A stretch of DNA of 27,021 bases. Origin: a virus. Lineage: Duplodnaviria > Caudoviricetes. The notes beneath the pieces are model-generated. The model worked only from the letters and a program-made list of their open reading frames with translations, was not told where the DNA came from and made no database searches. A program made the position numbers and the translations under genes. The stretch lies in the IMG/VR virus record IMGVR_UViG_3300010358_000012, positions 1-27,021 of that record; one strand, given 5' to 3'. Positions within the stretch are counted from its first letter, which is position 1; every line of letters starts with the position of its first letter. Below, piece after piece: positions 1 through 6,722 of the stretch.

Positions 1-13
1 AGGGAGGCCGCCG

Positions 14-166
14 ATGCCACTGAGGAAGGGCGCGAGCCGGGCAACGGTGTCGGCCAACATCTCGGAGCTAGTGCATAGCGGCCGGCCACAACGCCAGGCG
101 GTGGCAATCGCATTGAGCGAAGCTCGGCGGTCCCGTCGCAAGGGCCGCCGACGCCCCCGCCGCTAG
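14..166 (+). CDS. Small basic phage protein (50 aa, [50 protein letters not shown])
   Basis: Translated by hand (below the ORF-track cutoff); AGGGAGG RBS at 1-7; resembles a common small phage family with an 'MPL.KG.S...NI.EL..SGRP.KQAVAIAL' pattern; Arg-rich tail. Confidence 0.85.
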   Translation: MPLRKGASRATVSANISELVHSGRPQRQAVAIALSEARRSRRKGRRRPRR

Positions 167-170
167 ACTC

Positions 171-238
171 AAAAAATAAAAACCAAAAAATTCAGAAAAA
201 ACAAAGGCTTGACAGCCACTTTATAGGGACTATAAAGT
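171..238 (+). promoter_or_regulatory. Sigma70-type promoter with A-tract UP element and overlapping palindromic operator
   Basis: A-tracts 171-205; TTGACA 209-214; TATAAA 231-236 (16-nt spacer); perfect inverted repeat ACTTTATAG-gga-CTATAAAGT 218-238. Confidence 0.7.
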
Positions 239-1008
239 TGGATCTGCGCACCCCCCGAGAATCTAAGCCCCTGCGGGTCCTGTCATTGGGAGCCGGCGTG
301 CAGTCGACCGCCCTGGCGCTGTTGGCCCAGGAGGGCCGCCTCGAGGCGCCCCACATCGCCCTGTTCGCCGACACCGGCTGGGAGCCGGCCGCGGTCTACG
401 ACCACCTGGCTAGGCTTGAGCGGGCGCTGCCGTTCCCCGTGCAGCGGGTCTACAGCCACGCCGGCAAGATCCAGGACAGCATCGCCACCGGACGGTTCGA
501 GCCAATCCCCTGGTTCACCGCGGACGGTGCGATCGGCCGGCGGCAATGCACCAAGGTCTACAAGCTGTACCCGATCCGGCGCCGGGTGCGTGAGCTCCTA
601 GACGGCAAAACGCCGGCTGGCGGCTGCCGGATGCTGATCGGTATCAGCACCGACGAGGCACACCGGATGAAGCCGTCGACGGTCGACTACATCACCAACA
701 CATGGCCTTTGATTGAGATGCGCTGGAGCCGGGCCGATTGCCGCGCCTATCTTGAACGTCGCGGCTGGGCCAGCGTGCCGCGCAGCGCGTGCTGCGGCTG
801 CCCCTATTTGTCGGACGCCGACTGGATCGCCCGCGCGCATGCTCCCGAGTGGCCTGAGACGGTGCGGCTGTCGCACGCCCTGGCGGCCACCGGGCAGTAC
901 ATGCACCGTTACCTCAAACCACTTGATCAGATCGATTTTTCCACCCCGGCCGAGAAGGGCCAAGCTGACCTGTTCGGCGACGATTGCGAAGGCCTCTGTG
1001 GGGTCTGA
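238..1008 (+). CDS. PAPS-reductase-like / adenine nucleotide alpha-hydrolase (PP-loop) family protein with Cys clusters
   Basis: PP-loop-like VLSLGAGVQSTAL, FADTGWE, RQCT..YK..PI, IGISTDE..R, WPLIE, SACCGCPY, terminal CEGLCGV; start codon uncertain (TTG). Confidence 0.8.
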   Translation: MDLRTPRESKPLRVLSLGAGVQSTALALLAQEGRLEAPHIALFADTGWEPAAVYDHLARLERALPFPVQRVYSHAGKIQDSIATGRFEPIPWFTADGAIGRRQCTKVYKLYPIRRRVRELLDGKTPAGGCRMLIGISTDEAHRMKPSTVDYITNTWPLIEMRWSRADCRAYLERRGWASVPRSACCGCPYLSDADWIARAHAPEWPETVRLSHALAATGQYMHRYLKPLDQIDFSTPAEKGQADLFGDDCEGLCGV

Positions 1009-1759
1009 GCCGCCGCTGTTCTTCGCCGGCCTGCACCAACCCAGCGATGCCGGTCAGGTTGAGCGCGGCATGATCTCGGCGCTGCGGCTGCGCTCCCGGC
1101 GCATGCGGCTCAAATGCGCCCCTGACTGGCCCTGGATGCTCGACAGCGGCGCGTTCAGCATTCTCGCCACGCATGGCCACTATCCCCATCCGCCCGCCGT
1201 GTACGCCGCCCTGGTGGGGCGCTGGCGGCACATCGGCAACCTGCTCTGCGCGGTCACCCAGGACTACATGTGCGAGACGATGATGCTGGCCCGCACCGGG
1301 CTGACGATTGCGGACCATCAGCGGCTGACCCTCGAGCGTTACGATGCCCTGGTGGCGTGCGCGCATTTGATGCGCGGCGCGTATCTCATGCCAGTGCTGC
1401 AAGGCTACAGCCCCGCAGATTATGTCCGCCATCTCGACCAGTATGGCGCCCGGCTCGGCCCCGGCGCCTGGGTGGGCGTCGGAAGTCTCTGCAAGAGAAA
1501 CGGCTCGGCCGCGCAGATCGAGGACGTATTGCTGGCAGTCAAACAGACACGGCCGGATTTGCAGCTGCACGGGTTCGGCATCAAGACGACCAGCCTCGGC
1601 AGTGCCCTGGTGCAGGATCTGCTCTATTCGGCCGACAGCATGGCCTGGAGCTTTGCGGCTCGCTACGAGGGCCGCAACCAAAACGACGCGCGCGAGGCGC
1701 AACGGTTCGCTGCCCGGATCGCCAGGCTGCCGCAGCAGACCAGCCTGCTCGGGCCATGA
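998..1759 (+). CDS. tRNA-guanine transglycosylase-like (DpdA-like) protein, putative deazaguanine DNA-modification enzyme
   Basis: Motifs MLDSGAFS, QDYMCE, PVLQG, GVGSLCKR, LHGFG, SADSMAWS typical of phage TGT/DpdA-like TIM barrels; start reassigned to GTG 998 overlapping the end of the upstream gene (track ORF starts at 713). Confidence 0.8.
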   Translation: MGSEPPLFFAGLHQPSDAGQVERGMISALRLRSRRMRLKCAPDWPWMLDSGAFSILATHGHYPHPPAVYAALVGRWRHIGNLLCAVTQDYMCETMMLARTGLTIADHQRLTLERYDALVACAHLMRGAYLMPVLQGYSPADYVRHLDQYGARLGPGAWVGVGSLCKRNGSAAQIEDVLLAVKQTRPDLQLHGFGIKTTSLGSALVQDLLYSADSMAWSFAARYEGRNQNDAREAQRFAARIARLPQQTSLLGP

Positions 1760-1839
1760 GCTATCTCTGGGTGCTATGGCCGGCGATGGCGATCGCGGCA
1801 TGGTTCATCGCCCGCTGGCTCGAGCGGCGGATGCGTTAA
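1756..1839 (+). CDS. Small single-TM membrane peptide (27 aa, MSYLWVLWPAMAIAAWFIARWLERRMR)
   Basis: ATGA overlap with the upstream stop; hydrophobic core and basic C-terminus; stop overlaps the convergent gene's stop at TTAA 1836-1839. Confidence 0.55.
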   Translation: MSYLWVLWPAMAIAAWFIARWLERRMR

Positions 1840-2096
1840 CTGCGCTCCCGATAAGCTTTCAACGAATTAACCGCAATCAGTTTGCGCACGAGCTCGATGT
1901 GGCCGTTGAGCACGATCTCCTGGAACTCCAGCGCAGTTTTCCTGTTGCCTCTGCGGTCGCGGTGGCCGACCACCCAAATGGCCAGCAGATCGGCCAGCGC
2001 GGCGCTCTGCACGGCGGGTGGCTTGCCCGCCAGCAACGGGCCGATCGCCCTCACCAGTTCGGTCACCTCCCGCGCGTAGTCATCGAATTTAGTCAT
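1836..2096 (-). CDS. Hypothetical helical protein (86 aa, MTKFDDYAREV...)
   Basis: Protein-like C-terminal half of track ORF 1836-2372; ATG at 2096 overlaps the end of the upstream gene. Confidence 0.7.
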   Translation of the reverse strand: MTKFDDYAREVTELVRAIGPLLAGKPPAVQSAALADLLAIWVVGHRDRRGNRKTALEFQEIVLNGHIELVRKLIAVNSLKAYRERS

Positions 2097-2460
2097 ACCC
2101 GAGCGTCCCGTCTGGCCAGATGATGGTGACCGGCAGCCACGCCTTGCGGGCGTAGCGCACCGTGGCCCAGGTGCCCGAGCGGAGTTCTTCCTGGTCACCG
2201 TAAGGCGCGGCGTATAACTCGGCCACCGCGTTGACGATCTCGCGGTTGCGCGCGAGATAATCCTCTGACCGATGGCCAGTTGGACGGTGCGGCACCACCC
2301 GATAACCGTAGACGTAGGCCAGTTGGGCGGCCTCCTGGTCGGCGCCGATGGCATCGCCGTGGTGGAACTCACCCTCGCGGTCGCGCAGCAATCCCGCCAA
2401 TGTCGCCTGCTGCGGTTTGGTCATGCCGTGACGGGTGCCAGTGAAACCGATGTTCGTCAC
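2089..2460 (-). CDS. SLOG-superfamily (YspA/DprA-like) nucleotide-binding protein
   Basis: IGFTGTR, FHHGDAIGAD, YLARNREIV, RSGTWATVRYARK motifs; GTG start at 2460 in GTGA overlap. Confidence 0.8.
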   Translation of the reverse strand: MTNIGFTGTRHGMTKPQQATLAGLLRDREGEFHHGDAIGADQEAAQLAYVYGYRVVPHRPTGHRSEDYLARNREIVNAVAELYAAPYGDQEELRSGTWATVRYARKAWLPVTIIWPDGTLGYD

Positions 2461-2678
2461 CCCAGCCTGCCCCGGTGCGCCTTGATCCAGCACGCTTCGC
2501 ACCAGGCCTGCGGGCGCTTGCCCGGTGTGAGCGAGAACAACCCGGCGGCCCGGTCAGCTTCCTGGCCGGGCGCCACCGCGAACACCTGATCGGACCCACA
2601 GTCGCACGTCAGCCCGAGCTTTACCGCCACCGCGGGCGGTGCCTTGGTGCTGCCGATCGCGAGCCGTCGCATTGCCAT
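2457..2678 (-). CDS. Small putative zinc-binding protein (CDC...CEAC)
   Basis: 73 aa; CxC and CxxC pairs; stop overlaps the next start; ATG lies in the last pentamers of the array. Confidence 0.6.
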   Translation of the reverse strand: MAMRRLAIGSTKAPPAVAVKLGLTCDCGSDQVFAVAPGQEADRAAGLFSLTPGKRPQAWCEACWIKAHRGRLG

Positions 2679-3540
2679 GCCTGCCTATCCTTGCCACGCC
2701 TTGCCCAGACCCGCGTTGCCGGGCCTGCCCGGCCGGGCCGGGCCGGACCCCGCCCCGCCTTGCCGTGCCAAGCCATGCCGGGCCTGCCCCGCCGAGCCAT
2801 GCCGTGCCCCACCGAGCGGCTCCCCGTCGAGCCCCGACGAGCCGTGCCTGCCGTGCCATGACCCGCCTGTCCCGGCCCTGCCACGCCCACCCACGCCTGC
2901 CGTGCCATGCCGAACCCCTCCGTGCCTCGGCTAGCCAAGCCTGCCCGGCCCCGCCATGCCGCGGCATCCCCAGACCGGCCACGCCTAGCCCTGCCTGCCG
3001 AGCCACGCCTAGACCGGCCACGCCTAGCCCTGCCTGCCGAGCCACGCCTGTCCTTCCCAGGCCACGCCGCGTCCCGCCGTGCCACGCCTGCCAAGCCACA
3101 CCCCGCCTGCCTCGCCACGCCCAGCCACTCCCCGCCGCGCCGTACCTCGTCGGGCCTTGCCCCGCCTGCCCTGCCCTGCCTGCCAAGCCTAGCCGTGCCT
3201 TGCCAGACCATGCCAAGCCCAGCGTTGCCCTGCCTGCCGTGCCTCGTCACGTCTTGCCGCGCCAAGCCTCGCCGCGCCTGCCCTGTCGAGCCGGGCGCCG
3301 CCATGGCTTGCCACGCCCACCCAAGCCCTGCCTGCCCTGCCCGGCCCCGCCTAACCGTGCCTAGCCTTCCCGTGCCCTGCCTTGCCTGCCCTGCCGAGCC
3401 ATGCCACTCCGGGCCGCGCCCCGCCTGCCAAGCCGCGCCGCGCCTTGCCCCGTCGAGCCCAACCTCTCCATGCCGGACCTCACCGAGCCTGCCCAGCGTT
3501 GCCCTGCCATGCCCTTCCACGTCTTGCCACGCCTGCCCCG
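2672..3540 (-). repeat. Non-coding GGC-NN pentamer array (156 pentamers in 18 units delimited by GGCA); putative guide-RNA array
   Basis: Minus strand reads GGCGT GGCAA GACGT GGAAG GGCAT...; 19 GGCAGGC junctions (plus-strand gcctgcc at 2679,2723,2782,2846,2895,2939,2993,3032,3086,3105,3164,3178,3232,3276,3330,3384,3423,3487,3531), all spacings equal 5n+4. Confidence 0.92.
2972..3049. repeat. Exact 39-nt tandem duplication inside the array
   Basis: agaccggccacgcctagccctgcctgccgagccacgcct at 2972-3010 and 3011-3049. Confidence 0.95.
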
Positions 3541-3993
3541 TCAGTCCGCCGCGGCGATCTCGACCGCCGGCTTGCGGCGGCGACGCGACACCTTGTCCCG
3601 CGCCGCCCACACTTCGCTCAACTCCTGCAAGTGCTGATATTTCCGCTGCACGCGCTCCAACTCCGCCAGCGCATCGCGCAGCATCACCTCGCGCAGATCG
3701 ATCCGCTCCAGCACCTCGTTGATCGGGCGATAGCCGCCCTCCTTCCGATCGATCGACAGCGAGACGAACTTCCGGGCGCCCTCACTGTCCACGATATGCA
3801 CCGAGATCAGCGTCCGAACCTGCCAGATGCGATATCGCTCCCCAGCAACCGAATCGTCCCATTCGAGCTTCGCGTGCAAGTGTGAGTCGACATTGGTCCG
3901 CGCCCACTCGACCGCCTCGGCCGGATTGATCTTGCCCTCGTCGTTCTGCAACGCGAGCAATTCATCCCCGATGCTGTCCATCTGCTTGCTCAT
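3541..3993 (-). CDS. Conserved-looking phage hypothetical protein, putative partner of the RAMP/array system
   Basis: 150 aa, 'AVEWAR...HLHAKLEWDDSVAGERYRIWQVRTLI' motif; ATGA-coupled to the RAMP-like gene; its stop abuts the array. Confidence 0.85.
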   Translation of the reverse strand: MSKQMDSIGDELLALQNDEGKINPAEAVEWARTNVDSHLHAKLEWDDSVAGERYRIWQVRTLISVHIVDSEGARKFVSLSIDRKEGGYRPINEVLERIDLREVMLRDALAELERVQRKYQHLQELSEVWAARDKVSRRRRKPAVEIAAAD

Positions 3994-4706
3994 CCCTCCA
4001 CCACCTCGAACCGGCCCCAGCCCAGGCCGTTGCTGTTCGGGCTGTCCGGCCGGCCCTCGCCGATGCCGACCTGCAAGCCGGCGCGCATCATCAAGTTATA
4101 AACGTCGGTGGCGCTGAACTGGTCCTCGTCCCAGGTCACCCGCACCGAGGCCCGCCACTCTTCCCACGCCGGCCGCCAGCGGATGTCAGCGACACCGCTC
4201 TCGTTGCGCACCGAGGCCTGATGAATGTGCGGCTCGCCAAGAATGCGCACCAAGGGCGTGCCGTCATTCCGATCGACGCCGTCGGCCTCGATAAAGATGC
4301 TCATCTTCGCGTGGGTCATTTTGAAGCCGACCAGCCGGCACGCAGCGATGCAGGCATTGCGGAACGCTGGCGCCGGAATGCCGGGCCAACCTTCTTTACT
4401 GACGTGCTTCGCCGCTTCGTAAATCGCCTCAAAATCTTTCGGCGTCCGGGTGCGCCGGCTGCGGCCTTGCTGGCCGGCGCGTTGCGTCTCCTCCATCTGC
4501 TTGCGCTGCTTTTCACTGAACGCGTGCTGGACATATTGCGATATGCCCTGGATCACGATGGTCGCTTCGCGGAGCCTCGGCCGGGTGATCCGAACCTGCT
4601 CAGGCGCCGAGGCCAATGCGGTGAGCCGCTGCATCTCGTCAGGGGAGACCGGCGGTACCTTCAACCGCTTGGTCCCGCCGTTCGACTTCGTTTGACTGAG
4701 TGACAT
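3990..4706 (-). CDS. Stand-alone RAMP/Cas7-like RNA-binding protein
   Basis: N-terminal strand TIVIQGISQYVQH; GIPAPAFRNACIAAC resembling the RAMP 'IPGSSLKGALR' helix; thumb-like VRNESGVADIRWRP; C-terminal Gly-rich loop VGIGEGRPDSPNSNGLGWGRFEV; GGAGG RBS. Confidence 0.75.
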   Translation of the reverse strand: MSLSQTKSNGGTKRLKVPPVSPDEMQRLTALASAPEQVRITRPRLREATIVIQGISQYVQHAFSEKQRKQMEETQRAGQQGRSRRTRTPKDFEAIYEAAKHVSKEGWPGIPAPAFRNACIAACRLVGFKMTHAKMSIFIEADGVDRNDGTPLVRILGEPHIHQASVRNESGVADIRWRPAWEEWRASVRVTWDEDQFSATDVYNLMMRAGLQVGIGEGRPDSPNSNGLGWGRFEVVEG

Positions 4707-4721
4707 GTGTTTTCCTCCGAA

Positions 4722-4958
4722 TCAGTTGCAATGAGTGGTGCCAAACGAGCCGCTGTACCGGGTGGTGCAATTCCTGGTTTCACCGTTCGGCCCCACGAAG
4801 TGGTACTGGCGGAACGATCCCGTCTGTCGAGACGAGCCGATCCAACCGTCGTCACTGTGGTAGTTGGTGAACGGTCCCGAGCGTTGAGACGACCAGTTCT
4901 GTGCCCCAGCAGGAAATGCTGCCAACGACAGCACGGTGATGAGAGCGAATGATTTCAT
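4722..4958 (-). CDS. Small secreted/periplasmic protein with signal peptide
   Basis: MKSFALITVLSLAAFPAGA|Q Sec-type signal; two C-terminal Cys; AAGGAG RBS. Confidence 0.8.
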   Translation of the reverse strand: MKSFALITVLSLAAFPAGAQNWSSQRSGPFTNYHSDDGWIGSSRQTGSFRQYHFVGPNGETRNCTTRYSGSFGTTHCN

Positions 4959-5149
4959 GGTTTGTCTCCTTCAAGGATCGCCTCGGCGGCCTTGCGGATT
5001 TCCCCGAGGCAGCGCTCGACACGGACCTGATCAGTCCAGTCTTCCCTGGCGTCGGCGAGGTCTTTGGGCAGGCTGTCCAAGGCTGCGATGATGCCGCGCG
5101 CTCGCGCCTGGATGATGCGCAGCTTCCAGGCCAGATCGGGCACGCTCAC
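4955..5149 (-). CDS. Hypothetical helical protein (64 aa)
   Basis: GTGA and ATGA overlaps with both neighbours. Confidence 0.7.
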   Translation of the reverse strand: MSVPDLAWKLRIIQARARGIIAALDSLPKDLADAREDWTDQVRVERCLGEIRKAAEAILEGDKP

Positions 5150-5484
5150 CACACCACCTTGATGGTGTCGGCTTTGACGCCGGTGAGTTCGGAGAGCCGC
5201 TTGACCAGCATCTGATTGGGTCGCGCGGTGCCGCCCAGCAGATTGTAGTAACCTTGCCGCGAGATCCCGATTTCCTTGGCCCGCTCGGTGTGGGTCTCGC
5301 CCGGCACCTTCAGCAAAATCTCCTTGGCGGTGGGCAAGGGCTGGATGGTTTTCTTCAGCCGCACCGCCATAGTCATGAGCGCGCCAAGATCGGGCCGCTC
5401 CGGCGGGCCTAACTGCGCGGCCGCCATGCCGGAGATCAGCTCGTCCAGCAACTTGACGGCCCGGTCATACTCTTTTCTGGTCAT
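5146..5484 (-). CDS. XRE-family helix-turn-helix regulator
   Basis: C-terminal HTH THTERAKEIGISRQGYYNLLGGTARP...LVKRLSELTGV; start reassigned to ATG 5484; first gene of the leftward operon. Confidence 0.8.
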   Translation of the reverse strand: MTRKEYDRAVKLLDELISGMAAAQLGPPERPDLGALMTMAVRLKKTIQPLPTAKEILLKVPGETHTERAKEIGISRQGYYNLLGGTARPNQMLVKRLSELTGVKADTIKVVW

Positions 5485-5552
5485 CGTGTTGTCACTCTTG
5501 CATTGACGACGAAACACGTCCATACATAGACGACAAACGCGGCGGTGGTCAA
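5485..5552. promoter_or_regulatory. Divergent promoter/operator region
   Basis: 68-nt gap between divergent operons; TTGACG (+, 5503-5508), TTGACC (-, 5552-5547) with TATGTA 18 nt downstream; repeated GACGAC(G)AAAC at 5505 and 5529. Confidence 0.55.
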
Positions 5553-5771
5553 ATGATTCGTGAATTCTCTGTTGGATGCAGCAAAACCGTGAACTTGGGG
5601 AACTACAACTCAATCCGGGTGGAGGCGTCGCTGACGCTGGTAGTCCCGGAGCGCACCACCCTAGAGGCGATGAAGCCAAAGGCGCTCGAGGATCTCAGGT
5701 TGCTGCTCGAGGACGTCTACCGCTCACAGTTGAAAGAAAAGCCTCAGAAGGAGCCCGCGAAAGATGAGTAA
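5553..5771 (+). CDS. Small phage protein with NLGNYxSxRV motif
   Basis: 72 aa, KTVNLGNYNSIRVEAS; overlaps the start of the recombinase gene. Confidence 0.8.
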   Translation: MIREFSVGCSKTVNLGNYNSIRVEASLTLVVPERTTLEAMKPKALEDLRLLLEDVYRSQLKEKPQKEPAKDE

Positions 5772-6510
5772 TCTCATGTTGCCCCAGACCTACTCTGAGT
5801 TAGAGCGCTGGGCGCAGAAGGCGGCCAAGACCGAGATGATCCCCAAGGCCTACCGGGGCAAGCCGGACGACATCACCATTGCCATCCAGTACGGATCTGA
5901 GATCGGGCTGGGTCACATGGAGTCTCTGAAATCGATAGCGGTGATCAATGGAAACCCCGCGGTTTATGGCGATGGTCTGTTGTCGATCTGCCAGCGCCAT
6001 CCGGACTTCGAGGATCTGATCGAGGAGCCCGAGATCAACGACAAGGGGGAGGTACTGGCGTTCACCGCGATTGCGATGCGCCGCGGCCGCAAGCCCAAGA
6101 TCTTCCGGTTCAGCCAGGAGGACGCCCAGCGTGCGGCCCTCTGGGGCAAGCCTGGCCCGTGGACGCAGTATCCGCAGCGCATGTTGCAGATGCGCGCCCG
6201 AGGGTTCGCGCTGCGCGACCAGTTCGCCGACGCGCTCAAGGGCCTGATCAGCCGCGAGGAGGCCGCCGACTATCCGACGGTGGACGGCTCCGGCCAGGAG
6301 ACGCTGGGGCGGGCGCAGTTGCTGGAAGCGGAGGATCTGCTGGTGAAGGCCGGCATGGATTCGAACAGCTTGCTGAACACGATGTTCACCGGCATCGACC
6401 GGCTCGAGGACATCCCGATCAAGGACTGGCCGCGGGTCAGGAACGCGCTCTCGATGCGCGCCGCCCGGCGCAATCCACCGCCGCAGGACGGAGGAGAGGA
6501 GAAGACGTGA
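5764..6510 (+). CDS. recT: RecT/Redbeta-like single-strand annealing recombinase
   Basis: IPKAYRGKPDDI, G.EIGL, SIAVINGNP, FS.EDA.RA.LWGK.GPW.QYP.RML.MRAR.FALRD.FAD.L.G. Confidence 0.85.
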   Translation: MSNLMLPQTYSELERWAQKAAKTEMIPKAYRGKPDDITIAIQYGSEIGLGHMESLKSIAVINGNPAVYGDGLLSICQRHPDFEDLIEEPEINDKGEVLAFTAIAMRRGRKPKIFRFSQEDAQRAALWGKPGPWTQYPQRMLQMRARGFALRDQFADALKGLISREEAADYPTVDGSGQETLGRAQLLEAEDLLVKAGMDSNSLLNTMFTGIDRLEDIPIKDWPRVRNALSMRAARRNPPPQDGGEEKT

Positions 6511-6722
6511 CCGAGCAATTCATCGAGGTGACCGAGGCAGACGAAGCTGACGGCGACCGCTTGGTGCTGATCAACCTGCGCGCCGTCAGCCATATCGCGA
6601 CCCACCCTACCGACAAGGAGGTTACGGCCGTTTACTTCAACCAGGATGAGTACCTGCTGGTCAGGCAAGGCTACGACCAGATCATCGAGGCGTTGGGCTG
6701 GATAAGGCAGAAGAAACCATGA
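6507..6722 (+). CDS. Hypothetical small beta-rich protein (71 aa, MTEQFIEVTE...)
   Basis: GTGA/ATGA overlaps on both sides; GGAGAGGAG RBS. Confidence 0.75.
   Translation: MTEQFIEVTEADEADGDRLVLINLRAVSHIATHPTDKEVTAVYFNQDEYLLVRQGYDQIIEALGWIRQKKP

Noticed and set aside
713-997. N-terminal extension of the TGT-like ORF given by the track
   Set aside because: Lies inside the PAPS-reductase-like gene and is not protein-like; recognisable sequence starts near GTG 998
3494-3533. Self-targeting of the phage's own promoters by array unit 1
   Set aside because: A by-eye check of the NN-x pattern against 171-240, 5485-5552 and 24424-24598 found no match; a full search was not possible
2672-3540. Canonical CRISPR array or simple microsatellite
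   Set aside because: No 23-47-nt repeats separated by unique spacers; the variable NN positions and regular delimiters are unlike a homogeneous microsatellite. A purely structural role (e.g. G-quadruplex) is not excluded but would not explain the delimiters
2475-3722. Long ORFs crossing the pentamer array (e.g. 2621-3610-, 2554-3216-, 2639-3364+, 2907-3722+)
   Set aside because: They are open in several frames on both strands only because the GC-rich repeat has few stops; the 5-nt period and A/R/G/W or P/C/R/A low-complexity translations argue against coding
5485-5679. N-terminal extension of the HTH ORF given by the track
   Set aside because: Overlaps the divergent gene and promoter region; ATG 5484 is more plausible
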